A stretch of 64,000 bases of DNA from Gemmatimonadaceae bacterium (GCA_041483735.1 JBGPGH010000004.1:1-64000), one strand, 5' to 3'. Shown: positions 17,156 through 27,109, counted from the first letter of the stretch. The notes: a model not told the origin generated them from the sequence alone. Numbers and translations: made by a program.

Positions 17156-19903
17156 ATGCAGCACCCGATCCGTCGCCGTCTCGCGGCCACGCCGCTCCTC
17201 GTCGCCCTGATCCTGTCGATCGCCGCGGCCGCCGCCCCGTTCGCCGCCCGTGCGCAGGCGACAGCGGCTCCGGCGGCTCCGGCGGCCCCGGCCGCCGCGC
17301 CGCAGCAATGGTCGCCGCGCGACGTCCTCGCCAGGGAGAGCTACGTCCGGCCCCCGGCCGAGATCGAGCGGCTGGTCACCGCCCCGCGCCAGAACAACGT
17401 CACGCTCTCCAACCAGAGCCCCGACCGGACGCACTTCCTCAAGCTCCTCAGCGACGGGCTCCCCAGCGTCCAGACTTTCGGCAAGCCGCACTCCTACTTC
17501 GCCGGCCTGCAGGTCGACTTCAAGGCGAACCGCGCCCGCGTCCTCACCACCCGCGGCAGCTCCGGGATCGCGATCATCGACGCCGTCACCGGCCAGTCGC
17601 GCGCGATCGAGCTCCCGAAGGGCGCCACCGCCAGCAGTCCGCAGTGGTCGCCGGATGGGAGTCAGCTCGCGTTCATCGGCAACTTCGAGGATGCGTCGCG
17701 CCTGTACGTCGCCGACGTCGCCACCGGCAAGTCGCGGCTGCTGACCGCCGCGCCCCTGCTCGCCACCCTGGTGACCGACGTCGACTGGACCGCCGATGGG
17801 AAGAGCCTGGTGGTGGTGCTGGTGCCTGACGGGCGCCGCGCCGAACCCCGCCGGCCGGCGATCGAGACTGGGCCGCTGGTGCGGATGACCGAGGGAAAGA
17901 AGAACAAGACGCGCAACTACGCGAGCCTGCTGCGCGACCCGTACGACCGCGACGCGATGGAGTACTACATCACCGGACAGCTCGCGGTGGTCGACGCGAA
18001 GACAGGCGGAGTGCGCCGCCTCGGCGCACCATCCATGATCTTCGCCGTGGACCCCGCGCCTGACGCGAAGTACTTCCGCGTGACGCTGCTCCAGAAGCCG
18101 TTCTCGTACATCGTCCAGTACGGGAGCTTCGGCCAATCCGAGCAGCTCTGGGACTCCGCCGGCCGCACGGTCGTGGAGCTCGCCAGGCGCCCGCTGCGCG
18201 AGAACGATGGGACCGGCGACGACCTGCCGCCGGGCGCGCCTCGCGCCGGTGCCGACACGGCCCGCCGCGATTTCGGCTGGATGCCTGACGGCTCCGGCCT
18301 CTACTTCCTGCGCCAGGATCCGGCTCCCGCCGGCGCCGGTGCCGGTGCCGACAGCGCCGACGCCGCCCCGCGCGAGCGCGGCCCGGGTGGACCCGGCGGA
18401 CGGCCGCGCCGCAAGGACCACCTCTACCTCTGGCGCGCGCCCTTCGACTCGGCCGGCCTCAAGGTCCTGCTCGAGAGCGACAACCGGATCGGAAGCGTCC
18501 TCTTCACTCCCGACGCGAAGGGCGTGCTGGCAGCCGAGAACGCGAACGGCTTCGGGCAGGTGTACGCGACGTACTTCGACGAGCCGGGCAAGCGCTACAC
18601 GATCTGGCGGCTGCGCGGGCTCAACGCGAGCGTCGGCGCCGGCCGCGGCTTTGGCGGGGGCGGCGGCGGAGCGCGCGGCGGCACCGGCGACGACTCACTG
18701 ACGTTCTACCAGAACCCGGGCAGCGTCATGACGCGGCGCGTGCCCTCCGGCGGGCTGGCCGCGCTTCTCTCCCCGGATGGCAAGTCGCTCTATCTCGAAG
18801 GGACCCACTACTATAAGAACTGGCAGGAGCAGGCCCCGCACGGCTTCGTCGACCGGTTCGAGATCCGGACCGGGCAGAAGGCGAAGGTGTTCGAGTCGAC
18901 CGGTGGCGACGGCATGTCGGAGTCGGTGACCACCGCGCTCGACGACGACTTCGCCCGGGCGGTGGTGGTCCGTGAGTCGAAGACGATGGTCCCCGACTCG
19001 TACCGGCTGGACACGAAGAGCGGGCAGTTCACGAAGCTGACCAACAACGTCGACTATACGCCCGAGTTCACCGCCGCGATCCGGAAGCGGATCCAGGTGA
19101 CCCGCGCCGACGGCTACCACTTCCTGGTCAACCTCACGCTGCCGCAGGACTACACGAACGGCACGCGGCTTCCGGCGATGCTCTGGTTCTACCCGTACGA
19201 GTACACCGACCAGGCGGCGTACGAGCGGACCCTCCGCACCGAGAACATCAACCGCTTCCCGCAGTCGCAGCCACGCTCGATCGAGTACCTCGTCACCCAG
19301 GGGTACGCGGTGATCAACTTCGACCCGCCGATCGTGGGCGCGCAGGGGCGGATGAACGACAACTACGTCGCCGACCTGCAGGCCAACCTCTACGCGGTGA
19401 TTGACGAGCTGGACCGGCAGGGCTACATCGACCGGACGCGGCTCGGGATCGGCGGGCACAGCTACGGCGCGTTCAGCACGCTCAACGCGCTGGTCCACAC
19501 GCCGTACTTCAAGGCCGGGATCGCCGGCGACGGGATGTACAACCGCTCGCTGACGCCCAACGGGTTCCAGAACGAGCGGCGCGATTTCTGGGAGGGGCAG
19601 AAGACCTATCTCGACATGTCGCCCTTCCTGTTCGCCGACAAGCTCACCGGCGCGCTGCTCATGTACCACTCCCTCGAGGACCAGAACGTCGGCACCGACC
19701 CGATCAGCTCGATCCGGATGATGCAGGCGCTCCAGGGGCTGGGGAAAACGGCGGCGCTGTACATGTACCCGTACGAGGACCACGGGCCGGCGACCAGGGA
19801 GACGATCCTCGACCAGTGGGCGCGCTGGACGGCGTGGCTCGACCTCTACGTGAAAAACCCGGGCAAGCAGCCCGTGAAGGAAGCCAAGGTCGTTTCGCAG
19901 TAA
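17156..19903 (+). CDS. secreted S9 family serine peptidase (prolyl oligopeptidase/dipeptidyl-peptidase-like) with N-terminal beta-propeller
   Basis: Signal peptide MQHPIRRRLAATPLLVALILSIAAAAAPFAARA; WSPDG propeller repeats; catalytic GGHSYGAF and downstream D/H. Confidence 0.85.
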   Translation: MQHPIRRRLAATPLLVALILSIAAAAAPFAARAQATAAPAAPAAPAAAPQQWSPRDVLARESYVRPPAEIERLVTAPRQNNVTLSNQSPDRTHFLKLLSDGLPSVQTFGKPHSYFAGLQVDFKANRARVLTTRGSSGIAIIDAVTGQSRAIELPKGATASSPQWSPDGSQLAFIGNFEDASRLYVADVATGKSRLLTAAPLLATLVTDVDWTADGKSLVVVLVPDGRRAEPRRPAIETGPLVRMTEGKKNKTRNYASLLRDPYDRDAMEYYITGQLAVVDAKTGGVRRLGAPSMIFAVDPAPDAKYFRVTLLQKPFSYIVQYGSFGQSEQLWDSAGRTVVELARRPLRENDGTGDDLPPGAPRAGADTARRDFGWMPDGSGLYFLRQDPAPAGAGAGADSADAAPRERGPGGPGGRPRRKDHLYLWRAPFDSAGLKVLLESDNRIGSVLFTPDAKGVLAAENANGFGQVYATYFDEPGKRYTIWRLRGLNASVGAGRGFGGGGGGARGGTGDDSLTFYQNPGSVMTRRVPSGGLAALLSPDGKSLYLEGTHYYKNWQEQAPHGFVDRFEIRTGQKAKVFESTGGDGMSESVTTALDDDFARAVVVRESKTMVPDSYRLDTKSGQFTKLTNNVDYTPEFTAAIRKRIQVTRADGYHFLVNLTLPQDYTNGTRLPAMLWFYPYEYTDQAAYERTLRTENINRFPQSQPRSIEYLVTQGYAVINFDPPIVGAQGRMNDNYVADLQANLYAVIDELDRQGYIDRTRLGIGGHSYGAFSTLNALVHTPYFKAGIAGDGMYNRSLTPNGFQNERRDFWEGQKTYLDMSPFLFADKLTGALLMYHSLEDQNVGTDPISSIRMMQALQGLGKTAALYMYPYEDHGPATRETILDQWARWTAWLDLYVKNPGKQPVKEAKVVSQ

Positions 19904-19934
19904 GGCACGGCAGTACATCCCATCCGGAGGCGTA

Positions 19935-21998
19935 ATGCGAGTATTCCATCTCACCCGCGCGGCCCTGCTGATTTTCCTGGCGGGCGTCGTCGCGGCCGTC
20001 ACACCCAGCCTGCCCGCGCAGCAACGCCCGGCCAACCGGGTGTCGCTGGAGCAGTACCTCGACTGGGAAGAGGTCCAGGCGCCGCAGCTCTCCCCCGACG
20101 GCACGCAGATCCTGTACACGCGCCGGTGGGTGGACAAGATGAACGACAAGTGGGAGACGACCCTCTGGCTGATGAACGCCGACGGCTCGCACCCGCGGTC
20201 ACTGCTCAAGGGCGGCGACGCGCACTGGTCGCCCGACGGCAAGCGGATCGCCTACACCGCGCAGGGTGAGCCGAACGGGTCGCAGATCTTCGTCCGGTGG
20301 ATGGACGCCGAGGGCGCGGTGACCCAGGTGTCGCACCTCACCGAGTCGCCGTCGAACCTCGAGTGGTCGCCTGACGGCAGGACGATCGCCTTCTCGATGA
20401 ACGTCCCCACGAAGCAGGACTGGCGGATCCCGATGCCCACGCCGCCCAAGGGGGCGAAGTGGACCGAGGCGCCGAAGATCGTCACCCGCATGAACTACCG
20501 CTCGGACCGGATCGGGTTCACCGACGACTGGTACCGGCACATTTTCGTGATTCCCGCCGACGGCGGCACGGCCCGGCAGGTCACCAACGGCGACTTCAAC
20601 CACTCCGGACCGGCGTTCTCGGCCGACGGCAAGTCGGTCGCCTTCTCGGCCAACCGGACCAACGACGACGAGCGCTCGTTCCGGAAGGCGCAGATCTACG
20701 CGGCCAATCTCGAGACCGGCGAGATCAAGCAGCTCACCACGCGGGCCGGCTTCAGCGGCTCGCCCGAGTACTCCCCGGACGGCAAGACGATCGCCTTCAT
20801 GTCGGCGGACTCGGTGGACCACTCGGCGTACACCGAGCCGGCGCTGTGGATGATGAACACCGATGGATCGAACGCGCGCCTGGTGACGGGCGCCCTGGAG
20901 CGCCCCATCTCGGGACTGTTCTGGGCGCCTGACGCGAGCGGCGTCTACTTCACCGTCGACAACCAGGGTTCGCGCAACCTCTACTTCGCCAACAGCGCCG
21001 GCCAGTATCGCGCCGTCACCGGCGGCGCCCAGGTACTGTCGGTCACCGGCATCGGGCGGAACGGCCTGGCGGTGGGCACGCGATCCACGCCGGTCATCCC
21101 GAACGATGTCGTGACGTTCACCGTCCCGAAGACCGGGACGGCGACCGGTTATGCGCGCGTCACCCAGGTGAACGACGACGTGCTCACGGGCAAGGAGCTC
21201 GCCCAGACCGAGGAAGTCTGGTACACGTCGAAGGACGGCCTGAAGATCCAGGGGTGGATCGTGAAGCCCCCGGGCTTCGATCCGGCGCGGAAGTACCCGC
21301 TCATCCTCGAGATCCATGGCGGGCCGCAGGCGATGTACAACGTCGGGTTCAACTTCTCGCGGCAGGACCACGCCGCCAACGGTTACGTGATCCTGTACAC
21401 CAATCCGCGCGGCAGCACCGGCTACGGCGTCAAGTTCACCAACGAGATCAAGAATGCCTATCCGGGCAAGGACTACGATGACCTGATGGCGGGCGTCGAC
21501 ACCGTCCTCAACCGCGGCTACATCGATCCCAAGAACCTGTTCGTCTACGGCTGCTCCGGCGGCGGCGTGCTCACCTCGTGGACGGTGGGCCACACCACCC
21601 GGTTCGCGGCGGCCGCCGCGCTCTGCCCGGTGATCGACTGGATCAGCTTTGTGGGCGAGACCGACGGGGCCGGCTGGTACGACAACTTCGAGAAGCCGTT
21701 CTGGGAGGATCCGAGCGAGCACCTGCGCCGCTCGCCGATCATGTACGTCGGCAGCGTGAAGACGCCGACGATGCTGATGACCGGCGTCCTCGACCTCCGC
21801 ACCCCGATCCCGCAGATCGAGGAGTTCTACCGCGCCCTCAAGATCAAGGGCGTGCCGACGGTGATGATCCGGATGAACAACGAATACCACGGCACGTCGA
21901 GCACGCCCTCGAACTACCTGCGCACCCAGCTCTACCTCCGCAGCTGGTTCGAGAAGTACGGCAGCAAGCAGGTGGCCCAGGCGGCGGGCACACCCTGA
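19935..21998 (+). CDS. secreted S9 family serine peptidase (acylaminoacyl-peptidase-like) with TolB-like propeller
   Basis: GGAGG 4 nt before ATG; signal peptide; repeated WSPDGK motifs; catalytic GCSGGG; 687 aa. Confidence 0.88.
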   Translation: MRVFHLTRAALLIFLAGVVAAVTPSLPAQQRPANRVSLEQYLDWEEVQAPQLSPDGTQILYTRRWVDKMNDKWETTLWLMNADGSHPRSLLKGGDAHWSPDGKRIAYTAQGEPNGSQIFVRWMDAEGAVTQVSHLTESPSNLEWSPDGRTIAFSMNVPTKQDWRIPMPTPPKGAKWTEAPKIVTRMNYRSDRIGFTDDWYRHIFVIPADGGTARQVTNGDFNHSGPAFSADGKSVAFSANRTNDDERSFRKAQIYAANLETGEIKQLTTRAGFSGSPEYSPDGKTIAFMSADSVDHSAYTEPALWMMNTDGSNARLVTGALERPISGLFWAPDASGVYFTVDNQGSRNLYFANSAGQYRAVTGGAQVLSVTGIGRNGLAVGTRSTPVIPNDVVTFTVPKTGTATGYARVTQVNDDVLTGKELAQTEEVWYTSKDGLKIQGWIVKPPGFDPARKYPLILEIHGGPQAMYNVGFNFSRQDHAANGYVILYTNPRGSTGYGVKFTNEIKNAYPGKDYDDLMAGVDTVLNRGYIDPKNLFVYGCSGGGVLTSWTVGHTTRFAAAAALCPVIDWISFVGETDGAGWYDNFEKPFWEDPSEHLRRSPIMYVGSVKTPTMLMTGVLDLRTPIPQIEEFYRALKIKGVPTVMIRMNNEYHGTSSTPSNYLRTQLYLRSWFEKYGSKQVAQAAGTP

Positions 21999-22006
21999 CC
22001 GCCCGC

Positions 22007-22813
22007 CTGACGTGGCGCGCGCGCCGGCACCCATTCCGGGTTCCGGCGCGCGTCGTTCGCCTCGCGCTCGGCGCCGCGCTGTTGGGCGGCGCCGTTCGCG
22101 CGCGCGCGCAGGAGAACTACGAGATCCAGGTCTACGGCTCGGACCTCATCGCGCCGGGCCGGACCATCTTCGAGCTCCACACCAACTACACCGCCAGCGG
22201 CAGCCGTGCGGCCGCCAATGGCCTCCTGCCCACCAACCGCGCGCTGCACGAGACGATCGAGATCACCCGCGGCTTCACGCCGTGGCTCGAGGTGGGGTGG
22301 TACATCTTCACCAGCGTCCCCGACGGCGGCGGCCTCAACTGGGTGGGCGACCACATTCGCCCCCGGGTGCGCGCGCCCGACCGCTGGGGCTGGCCGGTGG
22401 GCGCGAGCTTCTCCATGGAAGCCGGCTACCAGCGCCGCGCGTTCTCCGAGGACACCTGGTCCGTGGAGATCCGCCCCATCGTCGACAAGCAGATGGGGCG
22501 GGTTTACTGGTCGTTCAACCCCACGGTGGACCGCGCCCTCAAGGGCCCCAACACCGGCGCCGGATTCCAGTTCGCACCTAACGCGGTCGTCACGCTCGAC
22601 GTGACGAAGGTCGTGAACGTCGGGCTGGAGTACTACGGCGCGCTGGGACCCGTGTCCGGCTTCGACCCGGCCGCCCGGCAGGAGCACCAGCTCTACCCGG
22701 CGCTCAACCTCGACCTGTCGCCGAATTTCGAATTCAACCTCGGCGTGGGATTCGGCCTCACCGACGCCGGCGACCGGCGGATCGTCAAGCTGATCACCGG
22801 CTGGCGCTTCTGA
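22007..22813 (+). CDS. outer-membrane beta-barrel protein (C-terminal …GWRF), start codon uncertain
   Basis: Clear signal peptide RRHPFRVPARVVRLALGAALLGGAVRARA|QE and alternating amphipathic strands ending in Phe; no ATG/GTG/TTG precedes the signal peptide in frame (CTG at 22007 or frameshift from GTG 22012). Confidence 0.5.
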   Translation: MTWRARRHPFRVPARVVRLALGAALLGGAVRARAQENYEIQVYGSDLIAPGRTIFELHTNYTASGSRAAANGLLPTNRALHETIEITRGFTPWLEVGWYIFTSVPDGGGLNWVGDHIRPRVRAPDRWGWPVGASFSMEAGYQRRAFSEDTWSVEIRPIVDKQMGRVYWSFNPTVDRALKGPNTGAGFQFAPNAVVTLDVTKVVNVGLEYYGALGPVSGFDPAARQEHQLYPALNLDLSPNFEFNLGVGFGLTDAGDRRIVKLITGWRF

Positions 22814-23576
22814 CCCCGGCCCCGCGCGCCGGACCCGCCTGCAGATTCGCCTCGGCGGCAGCCGCCTGCAGCAACGCGGCCAGCGCCGGCGGATAGTCGA
22901 TCTCGGGAACATCGGGCGTACCCACCACGATCCTCGAGGGCAGCCCGACGGGCGTGCGTCCGTAGATCCGCTGGTAGATCACCAGCGCCGCGAGAAACGA
23001 TCCTATGACGGATGGATGGAACTGGTCGAAGCTGTACAGGGCGAGCGTCGAGTCGCGGCGCCACGCCGCCCGCCACGCCTCACCGGCCGGCATGAGGATG
23101 CCATCCACGGAGTCGGCGGCCAGCGCGTACGACTCGCTCACCCGGTCGAACGCCGACAGCCGGTACTGCTCGGGCCAGACGGCGAAGAGCGCCGGCCGGC
23201 CGCCGGCCGCGCGGATCGGCGTCGCGAAGCGGCGCGCGTACTCGATCAGCAGGACGCGGCTCTCGTCCAGCGACGACGGTCCCTGCTGCAGGATCACCAC
23301 GTCCCACCGTTGCCGCCGGAGCGCATCGGTCGCCGTCCCCTGGTTCCAGTGATCCTCCAGGCTGAACCCGCCCACGGTGATCTCCCGGTAGCGCGGGCGC
23401 GGCTGGCTGTCGGCGGCGGCGATGGCGGCTACCATTTCCGGCAGGTTGTTGGCGTTGGTGAGGCTGTTGCCGATGTAGAGGACGCGCGGCCCGGTGCCTC
23501 CGGGTTCCGTGGATCCAGTACAGGCCGCCAGCGCGAGGAGCAGCAGGGAGCGATGGAACAGGAGATTTCTCCGGAA
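22794..23576 (-). CDS. SGNH/GDSL-family hydrolase lipoprotein, start codon uncertain
   Basis: Block I motif LYIGNSLT and lipobox LLLLALAAC lie upstream of the first in-frame ATG (23435) but downstream of the in-frame stop (23601-23603); only CTG available. Confidence 0.5.
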   Translation of the reverse strand, partial: FRRNLLFHRSLLLLALAACTGSTEPGGTGPRVLYIGNSLTNANNLPEMVAAIAAADSQPRPRYREITVGGFSLEDHWNQGTATDALRRQRWDVVILQQGPSSLDESRVLLIEYARRFATPIRAAGGRPALFAVWPEQYRLSAFDRVSESYALAADSVDGILMPAGEAWRAAWRRDSTLALYSFDQFHPSVIGSFLAALVIYQRIYGRTPVGLPSRIVVGTPDVPEIDYPPALAALLQAAAAEANLQAGPARGAGVRSASR

Positions 23577-23732
23577 AGGCGTCTGTTGTGATCTACCCCG
23601 TCATCGCGCCCGGAGTTACGGTGTTCGCCCCATGACCGTAGCGATTCGTCCCGCGGCGCCGGGTACTGGTACGTTCCGGTACCGACTGTACCTTCTCCCG
23701 GGATAGCGAGTCCAGGTCCGCGGGAGGTGCAG

Positions 23733-24197
23733 GTGCGTTCAGACACGGTACGGTTGCGTCTCTGCCTGCTGCTGAGTGTGGTCGTGGTGGTGGCCGCCGC
23801 CTGCGGCGGGTCGGGCGCGACGGACGCCTCGGCGATGCAGGGCAAGTACCTGCTCGAGTCGGTCAACGACTCGGGGCTGCCCTACGTCTACCAGCGGGTG
23901 GTACTCCCCTTCGAAGTCCGGTTGTACTCGGTGAAGGCGGGACGCCTGGAGTTCCATTCGCGTGGCCGCATCCTCGACATCTCGAGCTACTCCATTCCCG
24001 AGACCTGGCCGGACACGCTGGTGGGCGGGTTCTCGGTGTCAGGCACCCGGGTGGTGATCTCGCGGCCGCTGCTGGCGGGCGCGCCTCCGCACTCGGATAC
24101 CGGAACGGTCAGCGGCGACGAGATCGTGCTGCGGGTTCGGGACCTCCCGGGCCGGCCGCTCGCGAACCGCACGTTCCGGTACCTGCGAGCACCGTGA
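23733..24197 (+). CDS. hypothetical lipoprotein
   Basis: GGGAGG 5 nt before GTG; signal peptide with lipobox VVAAAC. Confidence 0.5.
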   Translation: MRSDTVRLRLCLLLSVVVVVAAACGGSGATDASAMQGKYLLESVNDSGLPYVYQRVVLPFEVRLYSVKAGRLEFHSRGRILDISSYSIPETWPDTLVGGFSVSGTRVVISRPLLAGAPPHSDTGTVSGDEIVLRVRDLPGRPLANRTFRYLRAP

Positions 24198-24249
24198 GGC
24201 GGACCCGCGCGGCCTTAACCACGAGACGGGGCCGCGGCAGCTCCGGACT

Positions 24250-24951
24250 GTGAACGTTCGGGGCACGTCGGTTCCCCGCCGGCGGCGGTGGCGACTTTTC
24301 GTCGCCCTGTTCCTGGTCGTGATCGCCGGCCCGTCGCTCCTGGCCGAACTGAAGGGGCTCGCCGACTTTCCGGCTCCCGTGCCCCCGATCGCACCCGGCC
24401 GCGTCTTCCACGTCTACGTGGCCGACTGGGGATACCACACCTCGATCACCATCGAGCAACCGGCGGGGTGGAACCTGGGTCCGCCGGGACGTGAGCACGC
24501 GCCGTTCCTCGAGTACGCGTGGGGCGACCGGCGCTACTACATGCTGGAAGACCACGGCGTGGCGTCGACGCTGAAGGCGCTCTTCCTCCCCACCCCATCG
24601 GTGCTCTACCTGGAGGGCCACGGCGCGCCGCCGTCCACGCAAGCGGGTGCGCGCGCGGTGTTCGCGCGCACGGTGCGCGACGCCGAGCTGCGCGTGCTCG
24701 TGGCCGAGCTCGAGGGCGCGATGCCGCGGAGTGTGTCGGCCGGCAGGCCCGTCCCCTACGCGCCGGCGCCCGGATACGACGGCCGCTTCTACCCGGCGCG
24801 TGGCACCTATCTGTGGTGGTTCGACTGCAACCGATGGACGGTGGACCGCCTGGCGCGCGCCGGATTCGCCCGATCGGGCCGCGGCGTGATCACGTCGGGC
24901 CAGGTGGGCGGGCGTTTGCTCGGCTTCTCGCCGGTGACGCCGCGATCCTGA
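24250..24951 (+). CDS. hypothetical membrane-anchored/exported protein (possibly DUF2459/TIGR02117-like)
   Basis: N-terminal signal anchor RRRRWRLFVALFLVVIAG; 233 aa; family assignment from memory only. Confidence 0.45.
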   Translation: MNVRGTSVPRRRRWRLFVALFLVVIAGPSLLAELKGLADFPAPVPPIAPGRVFHVYVADWGYHTSITIEQPAGWNLGPPGREHAPFLEYAWGDRRYYMLEDHGVASTLKALFLPTPSVLYLEGHGAPPSTQAGARAVFARTVRDAELRVLVAELEGAMPRSVSAGRPVPYAPAPGYDGRFYPARGTYLWWFDCNRWTVDRLARAGFARSGRGVITSGQVGGRLLGFSPVTPRS

Positions 24952-24965
24952 CGGCGGGCCTTCGA

Positions 24966-26039
24966 CTATCCGAGCCCGAGTAGTCCCTCCAGCACCCGGA
25001 TCTGCACCCGCGCCCGGTCCAGGTTCTGCCCGGACCGGGTGGTGCGGTAGTAGCGATCCCCGTCCAGGTAGTCGGTGAGGAAGCGCACCGCCTGTTCGAG
25101 GGTGATCAGCTGGCCCGCGAAGTGGAAGAGCGCCTGTTCGTCAGGCGTCAGCAGCGCGCCGGTGCCTTCGACGTATCCGCGCTGCAGCGCTTCAACAATT
25201 TCCGGCCGCACGCGCACCGTCCCGGCGTCGGGCTCATCCTCGGCCGCCTCGCTGGCCGCCGAGCGGACCAGGTCGCCCAGCTCGTGAAGCGCCGAGCCGG
25301 GCATGACCGTGTCGAGGTCGACCACGCAGACCGGCTCGCCGGTGCCGCCGTCGACCAGGAGGTTGGAGACCTTCGCATCGTTATGCACCGTGCGTATGGG
25401 AATCCGCCCGCTGGCGACCAGCGGCGGCAGGACGCCGGCCAGGTGACGGTGGGACTGCAGCACGGCGAGCTCGTCGCGCACCGCCGCCGCCCGCCCGACC
25501 CGGTCGGCCGCCGCCGCCGCGTCCAGCGCCGCGTACCGGCCGGCGGTGTCGTGGAAGCCGGGGATCGTCTCGTGCAGGGCCGCGCCCGGCAGGTCCGACA
25601 GCGCGGCCAGGAACGCCCCGAACGCGCGGCCGGCCGCCCGCGCCTCGTCAGGCGTCGCGATCCGTTCCCGGGCGCCGGCTCCCTCGATGAACCGATAGGC
25701 CCGCCAGCAGTCACCACGCTCATCCAGGTACCAGGGCGCGGGCCCGTCCGTGGCGACGAGCGACAGCGCCCGCCGCTCCGGATCAGTCGCGCCGCCGGTT
25801 TGGAGCTTGTCCGCGAGGTGGGCGGTGACCCGCGCCACGTTCTCCATCACCGGCCGCGGGCGCGGGAAGACGATCCGGTTGAGCCGCTGCAGCAGGAATC
25901 GGCGACCGCGGCCGGCGGCCGGCGCGCACGCGACGAGGAACGAGTCGTTGATGTGACCGGCGGGGAACGGCTCGATCGCGGACACCGCGCCCGGCAGGCG
26001 GAAGTGCCCGAGCGCGGCCCGCGCCGCGTCCAGGCTCAC
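24966..26039 (-). CDS. APH-fold sugar anomeric kinase (N-acetylhexosamine/MurNAc kinase, AmgK/NahK-like)
   Basis: Protein-kinase-like Brenner motif HNDAKVSNLL and DxD (VVDLDT); GTG start overlaps upstream gene stop (GTGA). Confidence 0.7.
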   Translation of the reverse strand: MSLDAARAALGHFRLPGAVSAIEPFPAGHINDSFLVACAPAAGRGRRFLLQRLNRIVFPRPRPVMENVARVTAHLADKLQTGGATDPERRALSLVATDGPAPWYLDERGDCWRAYRFIEGAGARERIATPDEARAAGRAFGAFLAALSDLPGAALHETIPGFHDTAGRYAALDAAAAADRVGRAAAVRDELAVLQSHRHLAGVLPPLVASGRIPIRTVHNDAKVSNLLVDGGTGEPVCVVDLDTVMPGSALHELGDLVRSAASEAAEDEPDAGTVRVRPEIVEALQRGYVEGTGALLTPDEQALFHFAGQLITLEQAVRFLTDYLDGDRYYRTTRSGQNLDRARVQIRVLEGLLGLG

Positions 26040-27109
26040 GCGCTCCCCTCCCACAACCGCTCCGGGTAGAGCCCCTCGGCCACCATCCCGGCGATCGCGG
26101 CCTGGACCGCCGGCCGGTCGGCGGGATAGGTGATCCCCAGCCACCGGCTGCGCGGAGCGAGCATGCGGACGCGTGCCTCACGAGCGGCCAGCGCTTCCCG
26201 GATCGCGGTGGGGAGGAGGTATTCGCGGGAGGTGTCGTCGTCCGTGCGAGCCGCCGTCGACGCCGCCGTCGACGCCGCCGGGCTCGACGCGGCTGACGCG
26301 CCTGACGCGGCTGACGCGCCCGATGCGCCAGATGGGCCCGGCTGGAGGAAGCGCGCGAATCCCCGGCGGAGTGTGCCGAACACCGCCGTCGTGAATCCCC
26401 ACATGTTCATCGACACCAGCGCCCCGCCGTCGAACCGGGACACTCCTCCGCCGCCGGCCGCGGCCGAGCGACCCTCGAAGGCGCCGTCAGGCAGCCGCCG
26501 GAGTCCGGTCACCTCTTCCATCGAGGTGAGCCAGCTGTCGCCGTCCACGACGCACACACCACGATTCACCGTGCCGGCCTCGGAGAGCGTGTCGCGGAGC
26601 GGATAGCCGACCATCGACCAGGCCGGTACGCCGCCCGCCCGCGCCGCCGCGTCCGTTCCGCCGCCGGACGCATCGCGCAGGAACGCGCCGAGCGCCTCGT
26701 ACGCGGGCCGGCCGTAGAAGTCATCAGCGTTCACCACCGCGAACGCGCCGCCCGCGGGCACGTGGCGTTCGGCGGCGAGCACCGCCTGCGCCGTTCCCCA
26801 CGGCTTGGACCGGCCCGCCGGCACCGGGTAGCCGGGCGGCACGTCGTCCAGCCGCTGGAGCGCGGCCGACACCTCCACCCGGCGGCCGAACCGCTCCCGC
26901 GCGAGGGACAGCACCGCGCGCTCGATGTCGGCGCGGACCACGAACACCACCCGGGTGAAGCCGGCGCGGATCGCGTCGTACACCGAGTAGTCCATGAGCG
27001 TCGCCCCCCCGCCGCCGGGGCCCACCGGCTCGAGCTGCTTCAGTCCGCCGTAGCGGCTGCCCAGTCCGGCGGCGAGAATGACGAGCGTGAGCGGGGGAGC
27101 GGGGGGCAT
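26036..27109 (-). CDS. sugar-1-phosphate nucleotidylyltransferase (MurU/UDP-sugar pyrophosphorylase-like) with Ser/Ala-rich insert
   Basis: N-terminal LVILAAGLGSRYGGLKQL (G-x-G-x-R nucleotide-binding loop), 357 aa; internal low-complexity GASGASAASGASAASSPAASTAASTAA encoded by 9-12-nt DNA repeats (26250-26340). Confidence 0.75.
   Translation of the reverse strand: MPPAPPLTLVILAAGLGSRYGGLKQLEPVGPGGGGATLMDYSVYDAIRAGFTRVVFVVRADIERAVLSLARERFGRRVEVSAALQRLDDVPPGYPVPAGRSKPWGTAQAVLAAERHVPAGGAFAVVNADDFYGRPAYEALGAFLRDASGGGTDAAARAGGVPAWSMVGYPLRDTLSEAGTVNRGVCVVDGDSWLTSMEEVTGLRRLPDGAFEGRSAAAGGGGVSRFDGGALVSMNMWGFTTAVFGTLRRGFARFLQPGPSGASGASAASGASAASSPAASTAASTAARTDDDTSREYLLPTAIREALAAREARVRMLAPRSRWLGITYPADRPAVQAAIAGMVAEGLYPERLWEGSA

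Noticed and set aside
22012-22581. 189-aa ORF MARAPAPIPGSGARR… overlapping the OMP gene
   Set aside because: It is out of frame with the beta-barrel protein and consists of Arg/Pro noise. Only its GTG at 22012 is retained as a possible true initiation codon if there is a 1-nt indel in the downstream (GC)n run.
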